DNA from: Lepidodermella squamata
Taxonomy: Eukaryota; Animalia; Gastrotricha
Direction: 5' to 3'
NCBI GenBank assembly: GCA_047495785.1
Contig: JBLDXI010000011.1
Location: forward strand, 1,364,001-1,428,000
Length of the DNA: 64,000 nt
Below, one piece after another: positions 1 through 11,531 of the stretch; the first letter of the stretch is position 1; the number at the start of each line of letters is the position of its first letter. The position numbers were made by a program, and so were the translations under genes. The notes beneath the pieces are model-generated. The model did no database searches. It was given only the letters and a program-made list of their open reading frames with translations, and was not told where the DNA came from.

Positions 1-108
1 AGCAACAGCTGCAGTGTGTAATGACATCTCGTGTCACCGGATGGAAGAGGCGCGACATTCTGCTAGTAGACTTCAAAAGCGTCTCCCTGAACTGATTCTC
101 AAAACATT

Positions 109-2340
109 GTGGCATTACTTATAGTTTCTGTATTAGCAGCCTTCTCGAAAGCAATGTTTTCCACCGCCGTCCTCTTAATCCCCAATAGTCCAGGAGCTGT
201 GCTAGCTTCAAGATCTTTCTTCCCATTTCTGCGTAAGTTCGATGACTCGAGTTCGAGTTTATCATCACTCGTATCCCCGATCGTTCTCGGACCTACAGTT
301 GCCTGCCAAAGTGTGACTCATTCGTTGAAAATGAACTATTTCACGGAATATACGCAGCAATGCAACGGGCCCTATCTGTTGGCGCGAAAAAGTATTTTCA
401 CAAATCTGTACAGATTCGTCTCGCCATCTGAATGGAACAAAGCTACGGCAATTTTGTTCCAGATGAAAGTAGGAGGCTGGAAGCAAACAGGAATCCTAAC
501 CAACAACATCAACGCAAATGACTTCTTAAACGCCCTATCAATTCAGCGAATAGCAGCAGAGAATGGGATTGATACCGTGTTTTTCGGTATGGACGATAGC
601 ACGGTAACTGATGAAGTGATGGCAGGTCTGCAAAAGAGCCAAGCTCGGGTTGTGATTCTAGTCACATCCTACATTCAAACATGCATCAATTTCCTATGCC
701 AGACCTACAAGTATGGCTTAGGAGCTCCTCAGTACGTCTTCATAATGGGCTTCAGCTGCTTTTATACACCGAATAGTCCTAGCCTTAATCTGCCGAAAGG
801 ATGCACTAGAGACATGCTGACTGAGCAGTTGAGAGTAACTCTTTGGTATGGGTTGTATCGTGGAACTATTCAAACTTCGATGAATACAAGTTTGGGCTAC
901 GATGCACGCTGGTTCACCGAAAAGGTAGACCAGGCATTACAAGGCGTGAAAGCTTCGGACGATGATAACCGCCCTATTTGTCACGATTTAGCTATGAGTG
1001 CTGTGATTGTTCTGAACAAATCAGAGGCGATTCTTAAGAAAGACTACAACACCTCGTTGAAGGAATTTCCTAACCAGCCAGCTCTAATTTCGCGAATAGT
1101 CAACCAAACCTCGGCTGAACTTGACGTTATCGGCTTTCGAATAGGACGAATCAAATGGACGTCGACCCTTGAATTATCGAACGATCGACTGCTCCTTGGA
1201 CAATGGAATGCTGCAACTGGTTCAGTCGACCTACTCTACGAATTTCGGTTGAAAGATGGAGTGTCCCCGCTTTTGACTTCTTCCTTTGAAATGATTGAGC
1301 TCAAGAAGCCAAAGTGGACGACTAGGAATGGACTCCCTCCAAAAGATCTGTCTCAAGTTACCTACTACGATGAACTGTGTCCCGCAGCTGCCTACATAAC
1401 TTTGGTTGTAATCGCCTGTTTCAGCGCATTTCTTCAGATTTTTGAAATTTCGACGATTCTTCTCAAAGGCGTCCGAGATTTCTCGAAAATCGCGACGTTC
1501 TTAGGATGTTTGATACTAGATGTTTCTTCAATTACTCTGGTTCTTGACAGCTTCATTCCGCTTATAATTGGCTGCCATTTGAAGTTCATCCTTATCACGT
1601 TAGGATTCACGTTGGTAGGCTCGGGTCTCCTATCTCAGGCCTTTTGTTTTCGGAAAGGTTTGAAAAGTAGGACACGTAACTTTCGGCCTCGAGCGGACAC
1701 AATAGGCTCAAAATCTAGCATTCGTAGCTCTGGGATGGAACAAGTTACTTTCAAGTTACCGAAAAATTCTAAACTTTTCACAATTATCGAATTATTGTTG
1801 TCATCGTTGATTTTGATCACTTGGCTAGGAATCGCCGATCCCTTATCTGTTGAGAGAAAAGTTTCCGACATTAGCTATGACGAAACATCCGATAGCTATA
1901 TCGCAAATGTCGCTTTTTCTTGTAATTCGAATCATTTGATCTACTGGCTAGGGTCGCTGCTAGCTCTCCACGCTTGCAGTCTCTTGGCGAGCTGTTTTCT
2001 CGCCTACTGCATCAGACACATAGCCATCTCCGGAAATGTTTATCGACTGGCAAAGGCGGTGCAAATATCGATACTCAATATTTCAGTCGCGTTCCTAGCA
2101 ACTGTTCTTATCTTAGTAATCATTGCAGCGTCGAAAAATTTCACAGCATGGTTTCCAAATGTTGTGCTATCATTGGCTGGTTTACTGATCTCAATCTCAA
2201 CAAGCTCTCTTCTTGCCTATCCGTTGCTATCGAGGAATGTTGAGACCAATCGTATTACCACTGTGGCAATGGGAGCTACATTTGTCGCTCATTCCACTGT
2301 TTCAAATTCGGTGTCCAGAGGGCTTGTTCCAGTACATTGA
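109..2340 (+). CDS. Class C (GABA-B-receptor-like) GPCR with Venus-flytrap ectodomain and 7TM; 5' end probably incomplete
   Basis: 743-aa ORF with VFT-like motifs (SPIVLGP, GWKQTGIL, ARVVIL, GAPQYVFI, W..GLPPKD) and seven hydrophobic helices. Similarity to the 8551 paralog begins near a likely acceptor (cccaatag|189), so the first exon may lie upstream of the window. Confidence 0.8.
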   Translation: MALLIVSVLAAFSKAMFSTAVLLIPNSPGAVLASRSFFPFLRKFDDSSSSLSSLVSPIVLGPTVACQSVTHSLKMNYFTEYTQQCNGPYLLARKSIFTNLYRFVSPSEWNKATAILFQMKVGGWKQTGILTNNINANDFLNALSIQRIAAENGIDTVFFGMDDSTVTDEVMAGLQKSQARVVILVTSYIQTCINFLCQTYKYGLGAPQYVFIMGFSCFYTPNSPSLNLPKGCTRDMLTEQLRVTLWYGLYRGTIQTSMNTSLGYDARWFTEKVDQALQGVKASDDDNRPICHDLAMSAVIVLNKSEAILKKDYNTSLKEFPNQPALISRIVNQTSAELDVIGFRIGRIKWTSTLELSNDRLLLGQWNAATGSVDLLYEFRLKDGVSPLLTSSFEMIELKKPKWTTRNGLPPKDLSQVTYYDELCPAAAYITLVVIACFSAFLQIFEISTILLKGVRDFSKIATFLGCLILDVSSITLVLDSFIPLIIGCHLKFILITLGFTLVGSGLLSQAFCFRKGLKSRTRNFRPRADTIGSKSSIRSSGMEQVTFKLPKNSKLFTIIELLLSSLILITWLGIADPLSVERKVSDISYDETSDSYIANVAFSCNSNHLIYWLGSLLALHACSLLASCFLAYCIRHIAISGNVYRLAKAVQISILNISVAFLATVLILVIIAASKNFTAWFPNVVLSLAGLLISISTSSLLAYPLLSRNVETNRITTVAMGATFVAHSTVSNSVSRGLVPVH

Positions 2341-2431
2341 CTATTATTCATACTGAAAACTGTAAGAGCAATAAAAAAGCAATTTTTGAAATTTTTTCGA
2401 ACTTATTATTTCTTCTCATCGGAATGTGGCT

Positions 2432-5140
2432 TCACATCTCACAAAACCCTGGATCGTCTTCAAAATTGTCGCGATGGTCGAAATAGTAGTGTGACCAGTA
2501 CATGATATTGAAAACCATAAAAGTCAACGGAAACAGCCATCGTGACGCAACTTCGATTCGACTAGGCAACTTGGCCAAGCTTCGAAATCGCTCCTCGCCA
2601 CAAAGAATTCGACAACAGCTACCCGCATAGTCGTGGTTAGATTTACACCGCGAATTATCTTCATCATCGCCAGAGGACTCCAGTCTCTTCAAAATCGACC
2701 GTCTTTGGGCTAGACTGTTACGACTTTCATCACTCTCCCGAATCGTCTCTTCAACAGGGCTGAAAATCGTTGTGATAATCGCCTCGCCGTCTAGTGTGAA
2801 TGAAAGCCTGGACTGGCGCCGTTTTTGCAGTTGTTTCAAAGAATTGCCAAGTGTCGATATCGGAGGTTTGTGGGGCCGGGAGAATTTAACGGTTTTACTA
2901 ATAGCTTGTGGGCATGTACTAATGTCGCAGAACTGTTTGCTGGCGTAGGATACAATTGCGTACTCGACTAGGACAAGAAACACGAATAGGAAGCAAGTCA
3001 TGTGGAACAGGTCGAGAGCTTTGAGGTAGGAAAGTTTCGGTAGTGAGGAATGATAGTCCTGCAGGGTCAGAGTTACCACAGTCTGAAAAAAAATTCCGAT
3101 AATACCGCTAAAACCCGAAATATCCCAATCCTTACCAAAACTGTGGTCACGCTCAACGTAATCCTAGCCGGGGCGGAATTTCGAGAAATCCAGAACGAAA
3201 TCCAACTCGTGACGACCATCAATGTAGTTGGTAGATAGACCTGAATCAAATAGAATCCAAGACTTCTCGCGAAGTAAATGTTGAGAATAATCCTTGAATG
3301 GTTGAGACCGTCGTGGCTTATCTCGAACTTCTCTTCCGCGCTGTAGCCGATGATTGAGAGATGGGGTAAGGTGGAGACATTCGGGTGGAAACCAACCGCT
3401 CGGCCTATGGCTCTTCCAAACGCTTCTTGCGTGAGATTTCGCCATTTCGGGTCGATCCGGAATAGAGTTTCGTCTCCGAACGAAGAAACTCCATCATCTT
3501 CGCTCCAAAAGTAGACAATGTCCTTTTCTGGTAATGAGAATGACTCAACTGGAAAACATGAGAAACTGGTTGAATGCCTATCTGTCCAAAATCATAACTT
3601 ACTTGCTAGACTACACTTTTGATGGTCGAGAGGGAAGAAACTGAAGTCCATAAGCTGAGAAAGGGTTATACAAGGGTTCAAGTTTTTCAATAGTTTTGAA
3701 GTTATTTACGCAAGATGCTGTAACTGTGATGCGCATGCTTTGTGTGACGAATCCATTTGGTCGGATACGGATGAAGCCGTTGTGGCGGGTGACGTGATGG
3801 AACGAGCTGTCGTGTTTAGCGTTGATGAAGTACGTCGGTGGCCGCCATAGATAGTCCATGTAGTCAGCAGGGATGCTGATGAAGCCGCCGTTCAACGATC
3901 CTTCTCTACCTCCACCGACCTAGGTAAATAACAAATATCAGTTCAAACTTTATCCTATAGGTGGAGAATAAAACTCTCCATTCAGTGATTATGGAGGTGG
4001 AAGCGAGCTATCTAAAGAATGTCTCTCGGGTGATAGCTGGGTGACTCACGTAAAGGTCCTTCTGAGAGTCCAACCCTTGCAATCTCGAGTGAGCCGTGGC
4101 CCTACTAGTGACCCTTTTTATTTTGGAGCCCAAAGAGGATTGTGTTATTGGTATATATAAGGGGGATCCCCCAGGGTAATCTATCAGGGTGATTCAAGGG
4201 TTTCTCTTTAAAGGCAAGCATGGAGCTTCTCTTTCTAATGCTATTCTCCGCATCGTTGAACCAACGGCAATCTCATGAACCTTAATGGAACCCAGGGTGA
4301 CCTCAGAGGGATCACCTATAACGGTCCTCAAACCTGTAACCTTATAAGGTTACCCTGAATCACTATAGATGCTCCCCACAAACCACAAATGACCCCAGGT
4401 TTCCAAAAATCACCCCTTTGAGTCACCCAAGTTAGTCCTATAGGGGTTAGGGTTTTTCTTACTTCCACAGCCGACGCATTGTAAGCCAGCCGATAATCAA
4501 GCCAAGACTGTCTGAAGTAGAAGTCCAGCGTGTAATCCATATTGGTCTCCGAAACCGAGCTAATCGACCCGATGTACGCCGAACAGTAGACCATCACCCG
4601 TTTTCCGTGGTAATGCGGCCGAAATCTCGTATCATAGTACGCGCCACTGCCATCGTCCTGCCGGCCGGCCCATAACCGTTGGAAAAAATCAAGAGAAGAC
4701 CTAGCCGCTGATTCATCCTGTGGAGCCTCGTCATTTTCACCCGTAAATTCGTTGAAACCATGGCCCCAAGTATCGCTGTACGAAGTCGTGTCTTGGAAAT
4801 AAATATCAAGCTTTTGCTTCTTTTGCTCCTCAGGTTGCTTCATTGGTACCGTAACGAGTTTCCGCTTCATTGAACCTTGCTTTCGCGGTTCTTCGTCGAT
4901 GTCTGGCGTTATCTTATTCATGACCCCGGAGTATGTCGGAATGGGCAGTTTTACCCGGTTGATTTTGTTTGGCCTCGGAGTTGTAGTCGGCGCTTGGGTT
5001 GTTGTGTCTCCCGTTTTACCGTTTCGATAAGCTTCTTGTTGCGTGAGGCGGTGTGAGGAATCGAACAGCTGAAGAATGATTGATTGGCCCGCAATAAAAT
5101 CGATAATTAGCAATAAAATTGAGAAAGTTCGTAAAATCAT
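2432..5140 (-). CDS. Cys-loop ligand-gated chloride channel subunit (GABA-A/glycine/GluCl superfamily), 5 exons
   Basis: Exons 5140-4463, 3919-3710, 3654-3603, 3548-3136, 3082-2432, all GT-AG and in frame. Signal peptide, YDTRFRP, DYTLDFYFRQSW, Cys loop CLMDFSFFPLDHQKC, M1 GFYLIQVYLPT, anion filter PAR, M2 ITLSVTTVLT, SYLKALD, M4 SRWLFP. Confidence 0.92.
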
Positions 5141-5928
5141 TTTTTAATAAATATTACGCTGAAATGAAAACAATTTAATTTATATAAAATTTTCAAAATC
5201 AATTAAAAATTATAAACCAATTATATGAATTATTGATTTATCTTATTATTGAGACGCGCCGTATGAAAAGGCACCTTAAATAAGCTATTAGATAAGGATT
5301 TGATAGAGGTCTATTTTGCTAGTATATTTATTAGTGCGTAGTCACCCCAATTATGTGACGCAACAGAAACTTAAGGTCCCTTTTAATTTAGCGCGTCTCA
5401 ATTAAATTAAATTATTAAAATAAATATATGTAAGAAAAATTTACGAATTTTCGTATGCACCTATCAATCATTGTTTACCACGAAAAAAATCTTGATATAT
5501 TAGCCTATAATATTATTATAAAATAAATGCAGCAAACAATAACGATGCGATTCAATATCCAATTATCATTCACTTGCGCGCGCGCGTTTTTATTTTCAGC
5601 CCGATTGATTTTTAAAAGCCTCTATCCGATAATAAAAGGTCGTAATATAATATTTGGTTGCCCTGCTCTCTCATTTAATTGAGCGCGCACGCCTAATGCG
5701 CCACATTTATTTGTACACACCCAATATATAATGGGGGTATAATAAATAGATCAGCAATAAGCAATACCGTTAAGCACCTGGGAGAATCTCTAACCGCAAC
5801 GAAAAAAAAACCTATATCATTGTTTTATTGCGTAAAATCTGGGGACATTCTTTTTTGCTAAAATATATCGGAAAATTTCCAAGTTCGTCGCAAGATTATA
5901 GCTAATTATAGCCGTTGATTAGGCGTAT

Positions 5929-7683
5929 TCACTCGGCTGCGGTCTCTTCTAGCTCCTCAGCATCGCTGTCTTCGTAGGCTGGTACCATTGAGTCACCTTG
6001 CACTTGGCTCTCAGGTGCAAACGCGGGGGATTCGGGTGAAGCCGGTTGGAAAGATAGCGATCGCTCGCAGAGTGCGTGCATGGCCTCGACAAAAGGCGGC
6101 AAAATATTGCACGCTACGTCATTCCAAGCGTGATGCTGAAAAATTGGAAAAATAAAATTTCAAAAAAATAAATAATTAAATTTTTGAAAATAATTTAAAA
6201 TTTAAAAACTCAAGTTTTAAAATTTGAAATTTTTACAAAAATTTAAACTATTTTTTAAATTAATTATTACGTAAGTCATGCATAGCATGCGGTCGCAGAA
6301 TGCAGCACAGTTTTCGGGTTCGGTGGATTTTGGCCAGTTGTCCGGCTGCTCCGGCGCCCAGGGTGACTTGTGGTTATTGTTGCCAGACAAGGCGGCATCG
6401 AGCCCACTGCCATCGGGCCATTGCCAGGGTGCGGATTCGGATTTGCGGGTCAAGGCCACTCGAAAATTGCTCACATTGAAGCGCCAATCTGTAGAATTTA
6501 GAATCATTATTAAAATTATGAAAGATGAATGCTGACAGGGGAACTTACAATCGATCGCCATTTGAGCGAATTTGAACTCGTGATGGGTGCGTAGTTGGGC
6601 CAATCGACCGCCATGCTTCTCGCAGGCCGATTCTGCCTCGGCCTGGGTGAATCGCCCGGAGACTGGGTAGAAGAACTTGCCAATTGTGAACGCACCGCTA
6701 ATAGCCGCTGCGGCTAAACGAGCCAGGCCTGAGCCCTGACTTGGTTCCGAACCATGCGGATCCACCTTAAATAATATTTCAAACTACTACTGGATTTGAG
6801 AAATAAGGTATATTACCACTGCAAGAAAATCGATTTGACCGTTCGGAATGGAAATTGGAGCCTGGACTGGTACCGGTACTGGAACCGGATTCAGTGAACG
6901 CGCCGGAGCTGGAACCGGGGCGGGGGCAGGTGGTGGGTTTGTTGCGGCGACTGGAGCTGAGGTCGACTCTTGAGCTGGAACCTGAGCTGGTACCGGTACC
7001 ATTGCTGGAACCGGTGTTTGTTGAGCCTCGACTATCTTTACAGTTTGAGCCTGGGTTGAAGTAGCAACTTGACTGGGCGCCGTGGAACCCGATCCGGCCG
7101 GTTCCGGTTGAACTGGATTTGAGGTCACCCCATGGGTGACTGCGGGTTTCTGGGTGTCCACAGCCACATGGATGATCTTGCCACCAGGGGTAGTCGCCTT
7201 GGCTTTCTTGTTAGCAGCTACTTTAGCGCCCTTCGTGGCACCCTTCGCAGCCTTGGTTGCTCCCAACTTTCCAGTGACACCCTTACCAGCACCCGTCACC
7301 CCTTTTTTCGTGGCCTTCCCGCCAGCGGCAGCTCCTAGTTTAACGGTCGCTCCGCCCTTCTTAGTGGTACCAGCCACCTTAGCCGCTCCAAGTTTGATCG
7401 CCTTAGTGGACCCAGCTTTCTTAGCAGCACCCAGCTTGATCGCAGCCTTGGTGGTCCCCTTTTTGGCTGCTCCCAACTTGACCGCCGGAGCCGCGCCCTT
7501 CTTCGTGGTCGCCTTCTTAGCCTGACGTTTCGCGACAAAACCTTCAGCTAAAATGTCGCTTTCCAGCCGCCGCTCTTCGTCGAACTCATCAATCCGCTCA
7601 ACATTGTCCTCAAAATCACCCTGGGCCCTGGTACAGGCAATTACCAGGGTGATTATGAATGCGGCGAAAATCCTACTATTCAT
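5929..7683 (-). CDS. Secreted C-type lectin with Lys/Ala/Gly-rich and Pro-rich N-terminal regions
   Basis: Signal peptide MNSRIFAAFIITLVIAC. CTLD motifs AESACEKHGGRLA, WQWPDGS, WAPEQPDN, ENCA, then WNDVAC and ALCER in a last exon (6136-5929) that the ORF track misses. Confidence 0.85.
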
Positions 7684-8550
7684 AGAAACAAAATTAAGAA
7701 ACTAAGATAAATCGTCGCCCGTCCACCTTAAATACGAGCATTACGAGCGCGGCCAGGTGTGTGCGCGCGTGCCCGGCCACCTTAATTGCAGCCGACAGAC
7801 AAAATGATCATCACCAACTCTTAATTGATAGCAATTAATTACCGAACAGCCTGTTATATTTTCGCTCTGGTTACAAAAAAATTACTTGTCACCATATTTT
7901 CAGCCAGCAGACAGCAGCCAGACAGAGGAAACCATTTTTTGTTTATAAAACCAGTTAAAATTTCGAAAAAAATTTCGAAAAATTTCCTCTGCCTGGATCC
8001 TTCAACCAAACCTTTGGGGAAATCGAAACCGTCACGGAACCAGTAAAAACAGAATCGATTATTTTGTTTACCTTTTCTCCATGCGCCGATGAATCAGCAG
8101 ACCATCTGGTGCCCGCATGGCGTGGCACCCTTTTTCTCGTGAGCAAGCAGTCCATCCTAAATTATGTCTATGCCCCACTCACATACACTAATTCGTTAGC
8201 TCCTCTTGCGAAAACGATAAAAGATAAAAGATGAGCCAGCTGAGCCAAATCGTATCAAAATCAGCTGAATCCTGGCTATACTTATTCGCAACAAATATTC
8301 AGTTGCTCCCCATATCCTATCTCCTGCGATTGAATATATTTGATTGAGAGAATAAACAGAAAACAAGTCCTTTCCATTTGACGTGCTCTGAGTGGGCGAT
8401 AATTTATGCTAATTATCTGATCGGAAGATCGGATTATGAGGCGGATGATAACTAATCAGGAGGGCTGACGAAACATGTAAGAAGCTCGATTTCAAAACGC
8501 AAAAGCCTGTTCGCTAGTTTTTGCCATATCACAACATTGAACTTGTAAAG

Positions 8551-10950
8551 ATGCGTCATCCTAGATTTTTGTTCCTCGTTTTACTGGGTCTGTTCGAAAC
8601 TTCAAATTGCCAAACAGCTGTTTCGAAGCCGTATCAGCTTTCAGTGTTCAGCTCGTTTCTCATAACAGGTGCGGAACCTTCAACATCACAATGCTGCATG
8701 GCCGCCACAAAATTCGTAGTAGAAAACATCAATAATCGAACTGACATTCTACCAGATTATCATATCGATTTGTTTATCGATGACGAAAAAGTCAACAATT
8801 GGATGGGGCCAAGGCTTTTCATGAAATACCTTGACAACTACGAGAAACAAGCCGCGGATGGTCGCACCTACTTGTCACCAGTTATGCTAGGCCCAATGTC
8901 AGTTTGCAACAACTTTGCACTCGCCGCTAGAATTTCAGGATTCACCATGTTCTCACCGCAGTGCAGCAGCCCTCAAATTGCCTGGAAGAGGTCACTTTAC
9001 CCAAATGTTTTCAGCAGCCGAAGTTTTTCCGATGAGAACGCATCTGCTTGGATCATGCTCGTCAAGAAAGTAGGACGGTGGAAGCAAATCGGAATGCTTC
9101 ACAACTCTGCTAATGCTAACGATATCGCTGGTACGCTAGCCCTCGAGCGATTCTTTGTTGCAAGTGGTGTCGATGTTATCCATTCAGATGTCACGATTCT
9201 TTACACTGAAGAGTACGTAATCGCTGCGAAGCAAAGCAGAGCTCGGATATTTTTCATCGGATCTTCGCAACTTGCGTCATGTCTGGCGCTGCTGTGTTTG
9301 GCTTACAAGCATGGGATGCGAGCTCCTCATTACGCTTTTATCGTCAATGTCTACTGCCATTTCCAACCTAATGCTGTGACCGCATGCCCGTCAGAGCATC
9401 TCATAGCCATGCTGAGAATTACTTTTTTCGTAGGAATTTTCACCAATCCTTTAAGGCCGTTAGACATTCGAACGAGCTTAGGATATACGGCTCGACAGTA
9501 TGAAGAAAGTTTTTTCAAGTTCAACAATAATTCTCGTTGCTTTGACTGGGAGTTTCGACTCTACTGCCATGATTCAGCCATGACTGGATTGGTCGCCCTT
9601 AACAGGACTGAAACTTATCTACGGCAAAACTTTAACAAAACTCTGCGTGATTTCAAAGAAAATCCGGAATTATTTACTCGCATTGTCGGCAACAGTGCGA
9701 TTGAGCCTGAAATGTCCGGGGTAATTCGAGGTCCGATAAGGTATTCAAAATCCCGAGACCTGATTGGAGATACAGTGTTCATAGCACAACGCTGGTCGCA
9801 AAATTTGTTGAAATTATACTATACGGTGGAAAGAATTGACCCAAAGATAACATTGCCAACAAATTACTCTAATTACGAGTTGAAACGATTTCCGACAAAT
9901 GATACGCTAATTTGGTTGACCAAATCAGGCCGACCCCCGAAAGATCTATCAGAAATTCAACAACGCGTAGTTGTCTATCCGGTTAAAACTATGATTGTAG
10001 CCATAGTGATCTCAGGAATTTGTGCAGTTTATCTCCTTATTTTGACGGCCCTTTCGCTAAAGAGGAAATTATCTCGGCAATCTTCATGCTACTTTGATTA
10101 CCTCAACAACACAATCCTCGTAATTGGGTGTCTATTCATGTGTGTCCAATCAATTTTAATGGTTGTTGGTCTGAGTTTTTTCCCAGAGGAGCTGTGTAAC
10201 TGGAGGAAGGTTTTCCTATTGCTTGGTATGGCTCTAATCAACGGGGTTTTGTGCTTCCGAATGATATTTTTACCAAGTTTCATCCGCAATCATGGAAAAA
10301 GGAAGAAGGCTCAGAAATTTGCCATAAAGGAGACAACTTTAGTAGTTGTTGACGCTACGAAAGACAATCAGTCTTCATTTCGCTCGAATTCAGCTTTTCG
10401 AAGCGAAAATACAGTAACAATGAGTGAAAACGAGACAATTTCAGGAAAGAAATCTTCTGGTGCAGAGAAAAACGTCTTCTACGGCACTTTGTTCATCATT
10501 GTACTGACGCTCGTTGGCTTGATTGTTTGGTCCCTACTACATCCAATTCGTCTGGTATCCCGCGTTTCATCTCTTCAATTCGATGATGAGGAGGATACGT
10601 ATTTTGAAATTCAAGACGAGCTATGCCACTCGCCGTATCAAATCTACTGGACAGCCGCATTTTTGACCATCCACGTTTTCCTGCTAATTATCGGATGCAT
10701 CTTCGCGTATGAAACACGCCATGCTAAGGTTGTCAAGGAATTTCGGATGCATGTTAGATTAGCTAGGTTGTCCGTTTTAAATGCTGCTACCATTGCTATA
10801 GCAACTATTTTGCTGGTCTTTTCGTTACCAGGAGCTGGGGTCTATCTTCAGATTTCTGCTTTAGCGTTCTGCTGCTTGATATATGCCACAAGCTCTGCGT
10901 CTATCGTCTTATTTCCAGTTTTCAAGGTTCAAAAACTGACGCTGAATTAG
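8551..10950 (+). CDS. Class C (GABA-B-receptor-like) GPCR, intronless
   Basis: Signal peptide MRHPRFLFLVLLG, INNRTDILPDYHI (VFT start typical of GABA-B/ANF-receptor domains), GRWKQIG, RPPKD, 7TM with AYETRH. Paralog of the 109..2340 gene. Confidence 0.85.
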   Translation: MRHPRFLFLVLLGLFETSNCQTAVSKPYQLSVFSSFLITGAEPSTSQCCMAATKFVVENINNRTDILPDYHIDLFIDDEKVNNWMGPRLFMKYLDNYEKQAADGRTYLSPVMLGPMSVCNNFALAARISGFTMFSPQCSSPQIAWKRSLYPNVFSSRSFSDENASAWIMLVKKVGRWKQIGMLHNSANANDIAGTLALERFFVASGVDVIHSDVTILYTEEYVIAAKQSRARIFFIGSSQLASCLALLCLAYKHGMRAPHYAFIVNVYCHFQPNAVTACPSEHLIAMLRITFFVGIFTNPLRPLDIRTSLGYTARQYEESFFKFNNNSRCFDWEFRLYCHDSAMTGLVALNRTETYLRQNFNKTLRDFKENPELFTRIVGNSAIEPEMSGVIRGPIRYSKSRDLIGDTVFIAQRWSQNLLKLYYTVERIDPKITLPTNYSNYELKRFPTNDTLIWLTKSGRPPKDLSEIQQRVVVYPVKTMIVAIVISGICAVYLLILTALSLKRKLSRQSSCYFDYLNNTILVIGCLFMCVQSILMVVGLSFFPEELCNWRKVFLLLGMALINGVLCFRMIFLPSFIRNHGKRKKAQKFAIKETTLVVVDATKDNQSSFRSNSAFRSENTVTMSENETISGKKSSGAEKNVFYGTLFIIVLTLVGLIVWSLLHPIRLVSRVSSLQFDDEEDTYFEIQDELCHSPYQIYWTAAFLTIHVFLLIIGCIFAYETRHAKVVKEFRMHVRLARLSVLNAATIAIATILLVFSLPGAGVYLQISALAFCCLIYATSSASIVLFPVFKVQKLTLN

Positions 10951-11082
10951 GATGTATTGAATCGCCATGAAAATTATTTGCTCGCACGCTATTGGTCGAT
11001 TCAAAAATGAACGCGGGAGTCACATTAATGCCGCTGCGAAACAAACTAACCTTCGAATTTACAGGTTTATGGCTAATACCTA

Positions 11083-11341
11083 TTTTGAATAATTTATTCA
11101 TAATTTCAGCAATTTTCAATTTTGAATAATTTATTCATAATTTCAGCAATTTTCAATTTTGAATAATTTATTCATAATTTCAGCAATTTTCAATTTTGAA
11201 TAATTTATTCATAATTTCAGCAATTTTCAATTTTGAATAATTTATTCATAATTTCAGCAATTTTCAATTTTGAATAATTTATTCATAATTTCAAAAATTT
11301 TCAATTTTGAATAATTTATTCATAATTTCAAACATTTTCAA
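11083..11341. repeat. Minisatellite, 7 x 37 bp
   Basis: Unit ttttgaataatttattcataatttcagcaattttcaa with internal inverted repeat tgaataa-t-ttattca. Lies between convergent 3' ends. Confidence 0.95.
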
Positions 11342-11531
11342 TCCTTTTTCAAGATTTGTAAAATAAAGACGCTTTCGAATGTCTCGAATTTATTGTTTTA
11401 TTTGTTCTGAAATCGCTGAGCCAGTTGCACACGGTACGTATAATATAATATAAATTAATATGATAACAACGACGTCGTACATCATTATATAACAGTTGTA
11501 TCGTATCATAAATACACAATAAGAGATTGAG

